64,000 nucleotides of DNA, from the NCBI GenBank assembly GCA_965243395.1, contig CBDEUS010000002.1, positions 480,001-544,000 of the forward strand. Reading direction: 5' to 3'. Each line of letters starts with the position of its first letter. The first letter of the stretch is position 1. The DNA comes from Gammaproteobacteria bacterium (GTDB taxonomy: Bacteria; Pseudomonadota; Gammaproteobacteria; UBA4575). Below the pieces are notes generated by a model, which worked only from the letters and a program-made list of their open reading frames with translations, was not told the DNA's origin and did not search any database. Below, one piece after another: positions 48,945 to 59,169 of this stretch. Made by a program: the position numbers and the translations under genes.

Positions 48945-50579
48945 TTAATGATGTTGATGTTCATCATGTTCACTATCGGTAGATGAAGAATTCGATTCGT
49001 TATTCATTTGGTGGTCTGAATGATCCATCTCATGTTCTGAATGATTCATGTTGTGTTCAGAGTGATCCATTTCATGTTTGGAATGATCCATTTGGTGATC
49101 CGAGTGATCCATATCGTGTTCAGTATGGTCCATTTGATGCCCTGAATGATTCATATGATGACCTGAGTGATCCATGCCACTTGATTTTGGAACAAGGTAG
49201 TCTTCTATATTGATGTGAGCATCACCAACCAAGCTTGTACTTGGTAATGTATTTCCAACTGCACGACTTAATTCAACGCGTCCATGCCAGTAGTCTTTTA
49301 CAGCACTTAAATAACCAAGATACGCTTCGTACTCTTCTCGTTTCACCTCGAGTAATTCAAACGTACCGATTAACATAAAGTTTTCTTCTTCTTGAGCACG
49401 TGCTACGTCGTCAATACGTGCAGGTAACAATCCTTTTTCATACTCGTTAATTCGCTCTTTTGCATTTAACACGGCCGCATGCGCTAAACGCACATCATTT
49501 TCAACTTCAACATCAAGGCGTTTTACTTCTGCTATTGCAATTTGTAATTCTGCATTAGCACGTAATTTGGCGTCTCGATTTTGGGAAAAAAGTGGAACTT
49601 CCCATTCGAATACTGGACCCGTTAATTCTGCGCCATCTGTTTCTTGTTCATGCTCAATACCAATTTCAAGTTCACCTAACCAGCGCGTCCAATTAGTAAC
49701 GCCAAGTTTGTTTGCAAGTAACTCAGCATTTTTATGTGCCGCGCTGTAATCCAGTCGTGAATTACGAGCTAATTCAATTAATGTATCTAGATCATCTTCT
49801 TCAGTTACAGGCACTGGTAATTGAGTAAACACATCTAATTCTTGTCCTAGTGAAAACCCTAATAGATTTACTAATTCAGAACGTTTTTCAAATGCCTCTG
49901 CACTTGCATCCAATGACTCCAGTTTTGTTTCAGATGCTATGATTTGTTCCTCTAGAAATTCACGTGGAGATAAATTACCTGCTTTGTCATATCGTTTAGC
50001 AAGTTCGAAAGACAAGTAGCCAGCTTTAGCTATTTGTGATTGCACTGAAGCCATCTGCTCTGCTGCTACATAATCGTAGTAAGCATTTTCTGTTTCAGTA
50101 ACAATTTCCAATACATCTGCTGCAACTAATTCTTTGACTCTTTCAAATTCACCTTCTGCATAGCGTTTTCTCGAAGGCAGAGTAATTAAGCTTGTAAATG
50201 AAGTGATTAATCCAAATGTTTCGAGATTACTTTCACCTGACTCATCTGAATCTAAATTTGAGTAATGAAATATTGGATTATGAATACGACCAGCTTCATA
50301 CACATCGGCCGCTGCAATTCCTAATTCTGCATACGTAGTTTTAAGTGTTGGATTATTGGCTAAAGCAATACGAACTGCTGTATCAGCAGTTAGTGCTTGT
50401 GCGCTTAATGAATCGATGTACTCTTTACTATCAACTTGAGATTCCTCAGGTGTTTGTACACCACGATCATTAAGTAAGACATCTACATCACTTTTTCCCA
50501 AATCTTCAGGAATCGATGTACATCCTGCGAGCAACCCAAATAAAAAGGCTACGATAATGGGGTTTGTATAAGTTTTCAT
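48945..50579 (-). CDS. TolC-family copper-resistance lipoprotein with His/Met-rich tail
   Basis: LAGC lipobox, helical TolC-like repeats, C-terminal MDHSxHx repeats. Confidence 0.8.
   Translation of the reverse strand: MKTYTNPIIVAFLFGLLAGCTSIPEDLGKSDVDVLLNDRGVQTPEESQVDSKEYIDSLSAQALTADTAVRIALANNPTLKTTYAELGIAAADVYEAGRIHNPIFHYSNLDSDESGESNLETFGLITSFTSLITLPSRKRYAEGEFERVKELVAADVLEIVTETENAYYDYVAAEQMASVQSQIAKAGYLSFELAKRYDKAGNLSPREFLEEQIIASETKLESLDASAEAFEKRSELVNLLGFSLGQELDVFTQLPVPVTEEDDLDTLIELARNSRLDYSAAHKNAELLANKLGVTNWTRWLGELEIGIEHEQETDGAELTGPVFEWEVPLFSQNRDAKLRANAELQIAIAEVKRLDVEVENDVRLAHAAVLNAKERINEYEKGLLPARIDDVARAQEEENFMLIGTFELLEVKREEYEAYLGYLSAVKDYWHGRVELSRAVGNTLPSTSLVGDAHINIEDYLVPKSSGMDHSGHHMNHSGHQMDHTEHDMDHSDHQMDHSKHEMDHSEHNMNHSEHEMDHSDHQMNNESNSSSTDSEHDEHQHH
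48997..49180 (-). repeat. 21-bp tandem repeats encoding M(D/N)H(S/T)xHx
   Basis: about 9 heptapeptide units within the TolC C-terminus; bounds approximate. Confidence 0.8.
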
Positions 50580-50684
50580 AATATCTTCCTAAATACATAT
50601 TCAAAAATACGTTACGTTTTATTTGCGCAACAAATTTAAATAGATAACCGTTTAACCAAACGGTCCAATTCCGCACTTGCGGAT

Positions 50685-51068
50685 TTAGGAAGAAAGAATC
50701 GGGGGTCGGAAAAGTAGATTCGGGTCAGATGGCTCAGCCCGTACTTGAATTTCTTGATATGTTGATTTGGATGAAAGTCTAAGATCAAATTTAATTGAAG
50801 TAGTTATTAAAGATGCACTACAACCAGAGACTGAACAATCCAAACTACCGCTACATCCACAATCACAATTGGAATGATCATTGTTTTCATCTTCTTGTGG
50901 AGGGGTATAGTCATGCATGTGTTCATGCATACCATCATCATTCATATACATAGCGTGTGAAGTATCGTCAGAAGACTGGCAATGTGAAGCCATAGTCACG
51001 CTTGCCCACATAGATATAGGCAGTGCCAATAACATTACAAATATAACGATTTTACGCCAACGCTTCAT
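50685..51068 (-). CDS. CopL-like His/Cys-rich metal-binding protein
   Basis: signal peptide, CDCGC...DCS...C, C-terminal LLFRPPI. Confidence 0.65.
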   Translation of the reverse strand: MKRWRKIVIFVMLLALPISMWASVTMASHCQSSDDTSHAMYMNDDGMHEHMHDYTPPQEDENNDHSNCDCGCSGSLDCSVSGCSASLITTSIKFDLRLSSKSTYQEIQVRAEPSDPNLLFRPPILSS

Positions 51069-51257
51069 ATAGATTTTAAGTTAACCCTATTCAATGTCAT
51101 TTGCAATTATTTTAAGACTTTCTGTACATTAAAAATCATCTAAAAAAATCTGAGTAATATTTAAATCTTCAAATTCAGATACTTAAAAATATAGCTATTC
51201 ACTTATCTGAATCTTTGCTCTACCTAAATGTATTCAAAATCTCCTGACTTAAACATT

Positions 51258-51289
51258 ACAGCGGTAAACAACTAAATATTTACCGCTGT
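51258..51289 (-). terminator. hairpin after the 51306-51797 gene
   Basis: ACAGCGGTAAA...TTTACCGCTGT. Confidence 0.6.
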
Positions 51290-51305
51290 GTAATTGACAA
51301 TTTAG

Positions 51306-51797
51306 CTACGAACCAAGATCTGTGCCTAGATCTCTATACTCTTCGTATAATTCGTAAGCTTCGTTTTGATGATGCATCATTTGCTCCATCATCTGTTGCA
51401 TCAAGTCCAAATGCTCCTCCATGTTTTCAGCACGAACATGTGAGCTCATTTTTCCTTCATGTTTCATGGCAGCATGTATTTCTTCCTTTTTTTTACCCAT
51501 TGCTCCTTTATTGCTGTCATCTTTCATCATCATTTTCATACCTTCTCGTATACTCTGACGATGTCCTTGCATGAGTTGTTTACGCCTATCTAGATCTGTT
51601 TCACTTCGGATAGCTTCCATTTGCACTTGCATGAGTTTCATATGATCGTGCATTTTTTGCATATCCATATGCCCTTCATGAGATTCAGAACTAGATATGT
51701 TTTTATGTTCATGCTCTTTTTCTGATGCAGATACCGCTGTGGCTATCCAAGTCATGCTCATTACGAGCAGAAGTAATGCAGTTGTTAATATTTTCAT
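51306..51797 (-). CDS. exported Met/His-rich protein (metal binding)
   Basis: signal peptide; many M/H residues; D.DRRKQLMQ.H...M and MQQMMEQMM pattern. Confidence 0.7.
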   Translation of the reverse strand: MKILTTALLLLVMSMTWIATAVSASEKEHEHKNISSSESHEGHMDMQKMHDHMKLMQVQMEAIRSETDLDRRKQLMQGHRQSIREGMKMMMKDDSNKGAMGKKKEEIHAAMKHEGKMSSHVRAENMEEHLDLMQQMMEQMMHHQNEAYELYEEYRDLGTDLGS

Positions 51798-51932
51798 AAT
51801 AATCTCCTAAAAATTAAGTAAAGATTTCAAAATTTGTTACGAATGAACGTAACGATTTAAAAAAATTGAATTAATTGCTTGTAGCTAGATGTGTTTACAT
51901 CAAAGCCAAATGCAATATCCGCGGAAGCGGAT

Positions 51933-52307
51933 TTAGGAGATTGTGATAGGGGGGCGGAAAAGCAGGTCTGGATCAGCCGGGTCTGGAATTGAATGAATTC
52001 TTTGATAAACAGAATGTGTTGTATAGGCTAAATCTACTTCAGATTTGTTTAACAAAGCGATAGCGCCACAGCTTGATACAGAGCAATTTAAATTTTCATC
52101 ACACTCACAATTTGACTGGTTCTTTGAATGTTTTGATGTCTCATGATCATCACCATGCATTGATTCATTATCATCCATTTGTGCATGAGAGGAATGAGGT
52201 GTTGAATCAGACATTTGACAGTGTGATGCCATAGATGCACTGGCCCATAATGAAATTGGGAATGCCAATAACAAAGTGAAAATTACAATTTTTCGCCAGC
52301 GTTTCAT
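51933..52307 (-). CDS. CopL-like protein, paralogue of 50685-51068
   Basis: same MKRWRKIVIF start, MASHCQ and LLFRPPI end. Confidence 0.65.
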   Translation of the reverse strand: MKRWRKIVIFTLLLAFPISLWASASMASHCQMSDSTPHSSHAQMDDNESMHGDDHETSKHSKNQSNCECDENLNCSVSSCGAIALLNKSEVDLAYTTHSVYQRIHSIPDPADPDLLFRPPITIS

Positions 52308-52517
52308 GTACGAATAGAAATTATCTGTGTTTGTGTACTTTTATGACCTTACAATATTAATAAAGTTGCTGTACTGATTTAAATCAAGAAAAACATATTT
52401 ATATCAATATCTTATTTTATGTCTCGTCATAGTTACGGATTTAACATTATTAATCTAAGTAACTGATGTGATGAGATGTATTCCTCACATCAGACACATA
52501 TTCTGGAGACAAGAGAC

Positions 52518-52544
52518 CCAATCCTTTAATCAATGATACAAGGA
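52518..52544 (+). repeat. 27-bp direct repeat, copy 2
   Basis: CCAATCCTTTAATCAATGATACAAGGA. Confidence 0.85.
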
Positions 52545-52667
52545 CTACACCTCCGCGGGTCGTCTCAAGGAATGAATTTAGGTTAAGTGCGTTACGACAA
52601 CGTCCTTGTATGCAAATAATATGTCCACCGGATCTTCCACGTATATCAAAGTGATTGAGTGTTGTTT

Positions 52668-52699
52668 AAAGAAAGGCGCACACCGATACGCCTTTCTTT
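52668..52699 (-). terminator. intrinsic terminator after the di-haem gene
   Basis: AAAGAAAGGCG...CGCCTTTCTTT. Confidence 0.65.
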
Positions 52700-52726
52700 T
52701 TCAAATATAACAAATTAGAAAAGATG

Positions 52727-54451
52727 CTATTCGCCTCCTTCGCCGGCGATTTGAAACAGTGCACCCAGATTGATTGAACCATGTACATCCGGGGATTGTA
52801 TGTTTTCCAGATCATTCGGATTCCCGGCATTTAAATTGGAGGCCGTATCATCCGGTGGAAATAACACTAAGGTTTCTAAAAACGCAAGAATACGTCGTTG
52901 ATCTCGAACCCTGAGATTGACATACGCATCTCTTGATTCTTGTGCTTCGCCCCCATGACGTTTAATGACTGCATCTAAATTAATACTACGTCCATCATGT
53001 CCATAGGGTGCAGTAGAACCCACGCCCCATAACGGTTCGGTTACGAATTCTGTTACCACTGAACCATCAAAATCACGCTCATGAAAGGCAGGACCTAAGT
53101 CATGGCGTTTAAGATCAGAATAAAAATTTTGTACAACAAATTGTTCGCCGTTGGGTTGTAACAATGGAAATTCATTGCCATCGTCTTCCGGAGTAAACAA
53201 CGTGTTTGCGGTGGCAAATAATTGATTGAAAATTCCTTGTTCGGGATCGTAAACAGTTTCGACATCGGCGACACGACGATCACTATTGATTCGTAAATTC
53301 GGCTTATGACATTCCGTACACCCAATGCTTTCTAGCAGATCGCGACCACGTTCTGCTTGGCGTGTGACTTGGTATTGAGCCGGTTTAAAATAATTAAGCA
53401 AATAAAATTCCATATGATCAATGAGTGCAGGATCAATTTCACTGACTACACCATCATTATCGGCATCTTCGCTGGCATCACACACGGGAGGACGTTCAAA
53501 GGTATCTTGTTCGGGATCGTATTCAAAACCACTTGGACTGGTCATGGCTTGTGGATTATCCGGATCCGTGACCGCACAGAGCACAGGATCCCACGCTTGT
53601 AGACCCATCTCATCTTTAAAGGCACCAATGATAAATTCTCGCATCGATATGGTTCCGCCTTGATGAAAAAAAGGTTTGATACGCAAATCTTCATCGACAC
53701 CTTCCACCGCGGAAGTATCAACCTCGCCATTCGGGCATGCGGTGAGGGTGCCAAAAGACACGCGTTTGGCCCGAAGCGGTGTGGTGATACAACGATTTTG
53801 TTCGACCGCAACCTCTAATGCGCGATCGCGACGTGCACGTAAGCGTTGTGTCATCTCTTCGGCCAGTTGCTCCACAATACCCAAACCAAATAGATGCGGG
53901 GCATCACGACTGTCCGGTCGTGTATTCACATCCCCACCAAATCCTGCTGAACCTCTCGGACGTCCATGACATGCGGCACAACTATCTGCAAGCCCGGCTC
54001 CAAGTGCACGATTTTGTGTAATGTCTCCGGTTGAATTTGCATTAACGCGAGGACCATGACCTTCATCAGTAGAAAATTTTCGTTGAAAAAGTTGTCGACC
54101 TCGTCGTATAGAGCGTGCGGGATCACGTTTAATTAAATACACTGCTGATCCGGCGGTGTTCACATCACCGTGACCATTACCAATTTGTTCATCTAAACGT
54201 TTCGCGATACAACCACCAGGCGCATTAACCGTTCCTACATCGACCTTGTCACAAGGGACAAGTTCTGCTTGAACATTTTGTGCAAACATAAGCCCGACAA
54301 GCATCGTGAGCACGAGAACGAATCGAATTAGAAGAATATTCTGACGAGCGAAACCGATCGGTTTCCCTACTTGTTTTAATACACTCATGTTGAGACCTCG
54401 ACAAATATTAACTGCGTTAAAATACATTGCGTAAACCGCCTTGTTGCGCAA
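52727..54451 (-). CDS. di-haem oxidoreductase family (DHOR-like) exported protein
   Basis: two CxxCH motifs (CAACH, CTECH), PHLFGLG, YSDLKRHDLG, TEPLWGVG.TAPYGHDGR. Confidence 0.8.
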   Translation of the reverse strand: MRNKAVYAMYFNAVNICRGLNMSVLKQVGKPIGFARQNILLIRFVLVLTMLVGLMFAQNVQAELVPCDKVDVGTVNAPGGCIAKRLDEQIGNGHGDVNTAGSAVYLIKRDPARSIRRGRQLFQRKFSTDEGHGPRVNANSTGDITQNRALGAGLADSCAACHGRPRGSAGFGGDVNTRPDSRDAPHLFGLGIVEQLAEEMTQRLRARRDRALEVAVEQNRCITTPLRAKRVSFGTLTACPNGEVDTSAVEGVDEDLRIKPFFHQGGTISMREFIIGAFKDEMGLQAWDPVLCAVTDPDNPQAMTSPSGFEYDPEQDTFERPPVCDASEDADNDGVVSEIDPALIDHMEFYLLNYFKPAQYQVTRQAERGRDLLESIGCTECHKPNLRINSDRRVADVETVYDPEQGIFNQLFATANTLFTPEDDGNEFPLLQPNGEQFVVQNFYSDLKRHDLGPAFHERDFDGSVVTEFVTEPLWGVGSTAPYGHDGRSINLDAVIKRHGGEAQESRDAYVNLRVRDQRRILAFLETLVLFPPDDTASNLNAGNPNDLENIQSPDVHGSINLGALFQIAGEGGE

Positions 54452-55069
54452 TTACTATTTGCTGATCAGGAATAGGGAAGGCTTACTTACAGAATAGTAA
54501 GTAAAGATCTCGTCCAACTCCTAGATAGCGCTGTCGCTTCTCTCAAAATATTGTTGTTCATTCAAGATCACTCCTCATCTTGAATGTGTATTATCCTAAT
54601 CTACTCACACTGTAGTAGCAATTGGCCATCGTCTTGTGTGATAAGTGTAAAAATAAAGTAACGATCTAATTATAAAGATGAAATCGTATTTAAATACTTA
54701 TTCATTGAAATATTTAATCTGTTTAATTAAATAAATATTCTTTTAATTTAAAAAGATTTCTCCAGTTTTCTACGTTGTATTTCAGCAACACTTTGTATGG
54801 ATACATATAGTAGGTGTAAAGCGTCATATTTTTCTAACACTAACTTCAATACAACAAAAAAATAAATTTGTGGCCGATACGCAACGTTAAAATAATAAAA
54901 TTTTATATTTAATTTAAATAATAATGTTTAGCTCGTTTAATTTTTTACTAAGAAATAATTAATCAAAAATTTTAGAATTTTATTTTTCTATGATTGTCAA
55001 ATGCACAAGAGGAAAATGGAGTCGAATTTCCTCTCTTTTATAATTACGTTTAATAATAGGAGTTGGAAT

Positions 55070-55327
55070 ATGAAATATTTACACAAAACATTTTTTACCG
55101 CTTATATCGGTGCCCTTTTGATATGTAATCCAGTATTGGCTGCGAGCGAAGAGTTACCAGCCTTCGATACAGTCGATACTAATCAAGATGGCATGATAAG
55201 CAGAGACGAAGCCTCTAAAGTTCCAGAGATTGCTAATCTCTATAATGGTGCCGATTTAGATCAAGATGGAAATCTTGACGCTAATGAATACGATAGGGCC
55301 AAGAAACATATTGAGAGAAAGTCTTAA
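55070..55327 (+). CDS. exported EF-hand protein
   Basis: DTNQDGMISRDE and DLDQDGNLDANE loops; start placed after AGGAG. Confidence 0.75.
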   Translation: MKYLHKTFFTAYIGALLICNPVLAASEELPAFDTVDTNQDGMISRDEASKVPEIANLYNGADLDQDGNLDANEYDRAKKHIERKS

Positions 55328-55346
55328 ATAATAAATTCAATTGAAT

Positions 55347-55374
55347 ATGGCGCATCTATGATTAGGTGCGCCAT
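55347..55374. terminator. hairpin between convergent genes
   Basis: ATGGCGCATCTA-TGAT-TAGGTGCGCCAT. Confidence 0.6.
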
Positions 55375-55447
55375 CGTTATTAAACGAAAGACAAAATATT
55401 AATACCTTTGTATCCACCAGATTTCTACAATCAAATCTTATAAGGAT

Positions 55448-56167
55448 TTAATGTTCCCACATGGTTCGCTTCTTGCCTTTTTCTTCTTTAATCTTGGCCC
55501 CTGTTAGTTGACTCCATAAGTTGACTCCCACCATTACTTCAATATGAGTGGTCGGTACTTGGAATTTATCTAAAGATTTAGTTGATGATTTATGTGGCAT
55601 GACAAAGGACCACATATGAAGCGCCCCGCTTTTTCTTTCTGCTAACACAGATTTAAAAAATGCATGAGGGACAGGGAGTTTAATGGGACTATCATCAGTC
55701 GTTTGAATGGTTTCAATTACGAGATCGAAATCAAAGATTGGTCCGCTGATAACATACACTTCGTATACGTCATCCAGGTCATTTAATTTTCTTACGGCAT
55801 TTTCAAGTCGCTTCCACACACCATTATTAAAACCCTGTTCTTGTGGGCACATATTAGAAAGCAAAAACGTTTCACTGTCTTGTAAAACCTCTTCATTCTG
55901 ATTCGCACTGGCTACAAGATGGCCTCGCGAGAAACCGGAACCTACATATTGTGCTTTATCCACTCGAAATAATTCTGGGATACGAAAGTCCGATCTAAAA
56001 TTTTCAGAACGTTCAACGTCTATCGTACCTCTATCCACTATTTCTAATGCCCATTTAGCTTGTCGATAGTAATAGGAGTACCCGACGATATAGTGTCTGT
56101 TAATTAGAATCTGGTCTGCCGCCGGCATTCCATAGCGAGTTTCAGCCCATTGACTAGGATCAAACAT
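55448..56167 (-). CDS. DNA/RNA non-specific endonuclease (NucA/EndoG-like)
   Basis: SGFSRGHL, TFLLSNMCPQ..GFN.GVW.RLE, VISGPIF. Confidence 0.9.
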   Translation of the reverse strand: MFDPSQWAETRYGMPAADQILINRHYIVGYSYYYRQAKWALEIVDRGTIDVERSENFRSDFRIPELFRVDKAQYVGSGFSRGHLVASANQNEEVLQDSETFLLSNMCPQEQGFNNGVWKRLENAVRKLNDLDDVYEVYVISGPIFDFDLVIETIQTTDDSPIKLPVPHAFFKSVLAERKSGALHMWSFVMPHKSSTKSLDKFQVPTTHIEVMVGVNLWSQLTGAKIKEEKGKKRTMWEH

Positions 56168-56359
56168 AAATTCCTCCTAATACTTGAATGTCCGCTTTCG
56201 GCCAATAGCCGTTTTTTTACACTGTCGAATATTTTATAAATCTACAAACGTAGGAATTATCACTATGAATGGTAATTCGTAGTAACTCTATTTCACAATA
56301 TAAAATAACAATTTTGGGTACAATAACATTTAATTTTATTTACATGGATGTAAATCTAA

Positions 56360-56740
56360 ATGAAAAAACTATTACTACTAATACTGTTATTACCAAGTAT
56401 TGGATTAACAGCTAATAATGGATCTGGGAATAAGTTATTAGAGCAATGTAGCTATGCGGATGCATTGATTCATGGCAAAAAGATAAATGCTGATTTAGGT
56501 GAAGATTATGCGTTTCTTTGTCTTGGCTACGTTTCAGGTGTCTATGACGCATTATTTATGAGCAATCAAGTATGTGGCCCTAATGTAGCAGATTGGAACC
56601 AAGCTAGAATAGTTTATAACTATTTAATCGAAAATTCCGAGATACTTCATTTTGATCGACATGTTCTCACCAAAATTGCATTAAAAAAAGCATATTCTTG
56701 TAACAGCAGTCAGACTGAATATTTATCTAGCACTGACTAG
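56360..56740 (+). CDS. Rap1a/Tai-like immunity protein
   Basis: signal peptide, GNKLLEQC, CLGYVSGV.D, VC.P......Q...V..YL, AL..AY.C. Confidence 0.8.
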   Translation: MKKLLLLILLLPSIGLTANNGSGNKLLEQCSYADALIHGKKINADLGEDYAFLCLGYVSGVYDALFMSNQVCGPNVADWNQARIVYNYLIENSEILHFDRHVLTKIALKKAYSCNSSQTEYLSSTD

Positions 56741-56774
56741 AAAAAGTCTGCTTTCGGCCAATAGCGGACAAAAA

Positions 56775-57431
56775 TTATTGTATATAGTTATTAAAAACTA
56801 CAAATATTAAACTCGCTTTTTTCAATTTTGTAACTTCATATTTATTCCCATCATGAACGGCAATCAGCGCATGCAACCCCGCTTCACTAATCCTAATATC
56901 ATGTTTGTATATTCCTTCTACACCAAAATCAATTTCACCTAAAAGTGTGCAGGGCTCGCTAAAATATGCAAGCATGATGAAATTCTCTTCATCATCTTCA
57001 AGACCTCCAGATAGAAACATATCTTTTCCAGCATCGTAACCAAAAGTGCTCAATCTTAAGTATTTAGTACTTGCTGGCTCAATATTTAACCCTTTGTTAT
57101 ATTCGCTCTCAATATTCGCGGCAGAATAACCCACAATCTCTGAACCAAATCTCTTAAGATCAATACTTGGTTTAGACTCTAGACTCATATCAATCATCCA
57201 ATATTTGTCTTTCAAGGGTGCACCATAAAGTGAACCTGGAATAATACCCAACTCAAGAAAAAGAGTATCTGGTGTATCAAAGTTATCTGAAACAACTTTT
57301 GTTTGTTTAAGCTTTAAATGGACTAATTTTGATGAATCTGAATTTTGATTTGCTGAAAAACCTAATAGCGAAATTAGTACTAAAATCGCCGTCATCCATC
57401 CAATCAATATTGATATTTTCTTATTCAACAT
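56775..57431 (-). CDS. hypothetical exported protein (cassette)
   Basis: 218 aa, N-terminal TM/signal; fills the interval between two sites. Confidence 0.7.
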   Translation of the reverse strand: MLNKKISILIGWMTAILVLISLLGFSANQNSDSSKLVHLKLKQTKVVSDNFDTPDTLFLELGIIPGSLYGAPLKDKYWMIDMSLESKPSIDLKRFGSEIVGYSAANIESEYNKGLNIEPASTKYLRLSTFGYDAGKDMFLSGGLEDDEENFIMLAYFSEPCTLLGEIDFGVEGIYKHDIRISEAGLHALIAVHDGNKYEVTKLKKASLIFVVFNNYIQ

Positions 57432-57478
57432 TTTTGTAATTTAAATGTCCGCTTTGGGTCGTTAGTAGTCATTTTATA

Positions 57479-57760
57479 CTAGTATTTTTTATTGCAGTTC
57501 CAACAATTCTTATTCGGCAAGCGAAAATCAAATATATTATTACTTCTCCAAATTTGCTTTTTGCCACAGTCATCACATTTCAATGTGAACATATAATAAA
57601 CAAAATATAAGCTATAGATTATTGTTACATAATAGTGCCACCCTATTTCTCCAAGCCAATTTTCATAGTTTGAAATAGGTTTTTGTAACACCCTATGTAT
57701 CACAACAAGTATTACGAGAACAGAAAGTAGAAATAAGAATTTTGTTCTATGACTGAACAT
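57479..57760 (-). CDS. two-TM protein with C-terminal Zn ribbon (cassette)
   Basis: CDDC and CWNC motifs. Confidence 0.65.
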   Translation of the reverse strand: MFSHRTKFLFLLSVLVILVVIHRVLQKPISNYENWLGEIGWHYYVTIIYSLYFVYYMFTLKCDDCGKKQIWRSNNIFDFRLPNKNCWNCNKKY

Positions 57761-57848
57761 GAATAATTTTTGTCCGCTTTGGGTCGATAGCAGTCATTTA
57801 GTATTTATATTTTTTGTACATTATACATTTATCTTTATAGCTACTCTC

Positions 57849-58495
57849 TTATTTTGTGCTTTGAATTAACTTACTAACTAAAACACCAAGCACTCCAATA
57901 ATGTAAAAGGCAATTGGAATAATTAGCCAGCCATACCATGTGCTTAATAGGTTTGATAAATAAGATCCAATTATACTTTGTGGTGCAAGTTTTATAGAAA
58001 TTAATCCAACAAGCATGATAACAACTACAAGGATAGCTACAGTAACATCACCACCTGTTACTTTCTGCACAGAGGCGTGCTGTGGATTTATCTTTTTTAA
58101 TCTACGCTTTATATACTGACCTATTAAATAAACTAGCCCACAAATGCCTAGTAATATAATCCCAGCAATTAAAAGTGCTATGCCCGCTCCCACATCACGC
58201 TTCTTGGAGATGTATATAATATTATTTTTTTCTCTAACTGATAAATTGTTCTCTTCAGCTATCTTATAAATTGCTTCCTTCCAAGGCATGCACTCAAAAT
58301 TAATGGGTACTGATTTATTTATGGATGAGTCCATTTTTATTTCAATCACAGCAAAATCTGCTAATAAAGCGTAAGCTGATTTTAATTTTAAATTTTGAAA
58401 ACTAAATCGAAGTCTCCGTCATCACAATTAGCCCACGCCAAGGAACTTACAAAAAATGTAAGAAAAATTAAAATAAAAAGTCTATTGCTTCTCAA
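57849..58495 (-). pseudogene. probable frameshifted gene: signal peptide + secretin-N (STN)-like domain + TM region
   Basis: upstream frame (L/M)RSNRLFILIFLTFFVSSLAWANC..FDLVF stops near 58390; a 1-nt shift continues QNLKLKSAYALLADFA into ORF 57849-58349. Confidence 0.5.
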
Positions 58496-58530
58496 TATAA
58501 TTAATCTGTTTTCGGCCAATAGCGGTCATA

Positions 58531-59088
58531 TTAAAATTCTTTTTCTTTTAGATAACCAGATGGACAATGTTTGTCTTCAATACGTGTATCACAAACATAA
58601 ACAGTCCTAAACTTATCAACCCATTTGTTCAATTCTGTAGCAGATACATTTTTTTGCCAAATTTTAAGTAGATGATAAGTACTATCTTTTCCTTTTATGG
58701 CTAGATTTAAAATTTGAGCTTTTGAATTGTCCTCTTTTAAGCAAACTGTACGCCAAAGCAAAGACTTATAATTTTGGTTATCTATTGGGTCTAATTCTAT
58801 AGATTCAAAAGATTTACATGCTTTTTTGCCCGGCTTATCTTGCTCTTTTCTCATTTTTGAAGGTTTTTTATTAGACCCATATCTAATATTTACTGCATAA
58901 GCATCTCGCATACCGCTTTCTTTACTACGCCATAGCATACTTCTAAATTTTCCTTCTTTCTTTGTAAGGATTTCCCATTTTTCAGAGCTTAATTCATAGG
59001 GGACAATTAAATTCTCACCTTCGTAAAATTCTGATGAATATACATTTGTAAAAATCCCAATCAATAAAATGAGTATTACTAATTTCAT
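58531..59088 (-). CDS. hypothetical exported protein (cassette)
   Basis: signal peptide, four Cys, C-terminal VCDTR....CP; stop abuts the site at 58501-58530. Confidence 0.75.
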   Translation of the reverse strand: MKLVILILLIGIFTNVYSSEFYEGENLIVPYELSSEKWEILTKKEGKFRSMLWRSKESGMRDAYAVNIRYGSNKKPSKMRKEQDKPGKKACKSFESIELDPIDNQNYKSLLWRTVCLKEDNSKAQILNLAIKGKDSTYHLLKIWQKNVSATELNKWVDKFRTVYVCDTRIEDKHCPSGYLKEKEF

Positions 59089-59169
59089 AATGCCGCCTTC
59101 GATGAATAAATTTAGTAGAACGGATAACTATCTTATAATGTCCGCTTTGGGTCGTTAGCAGACATTAAA

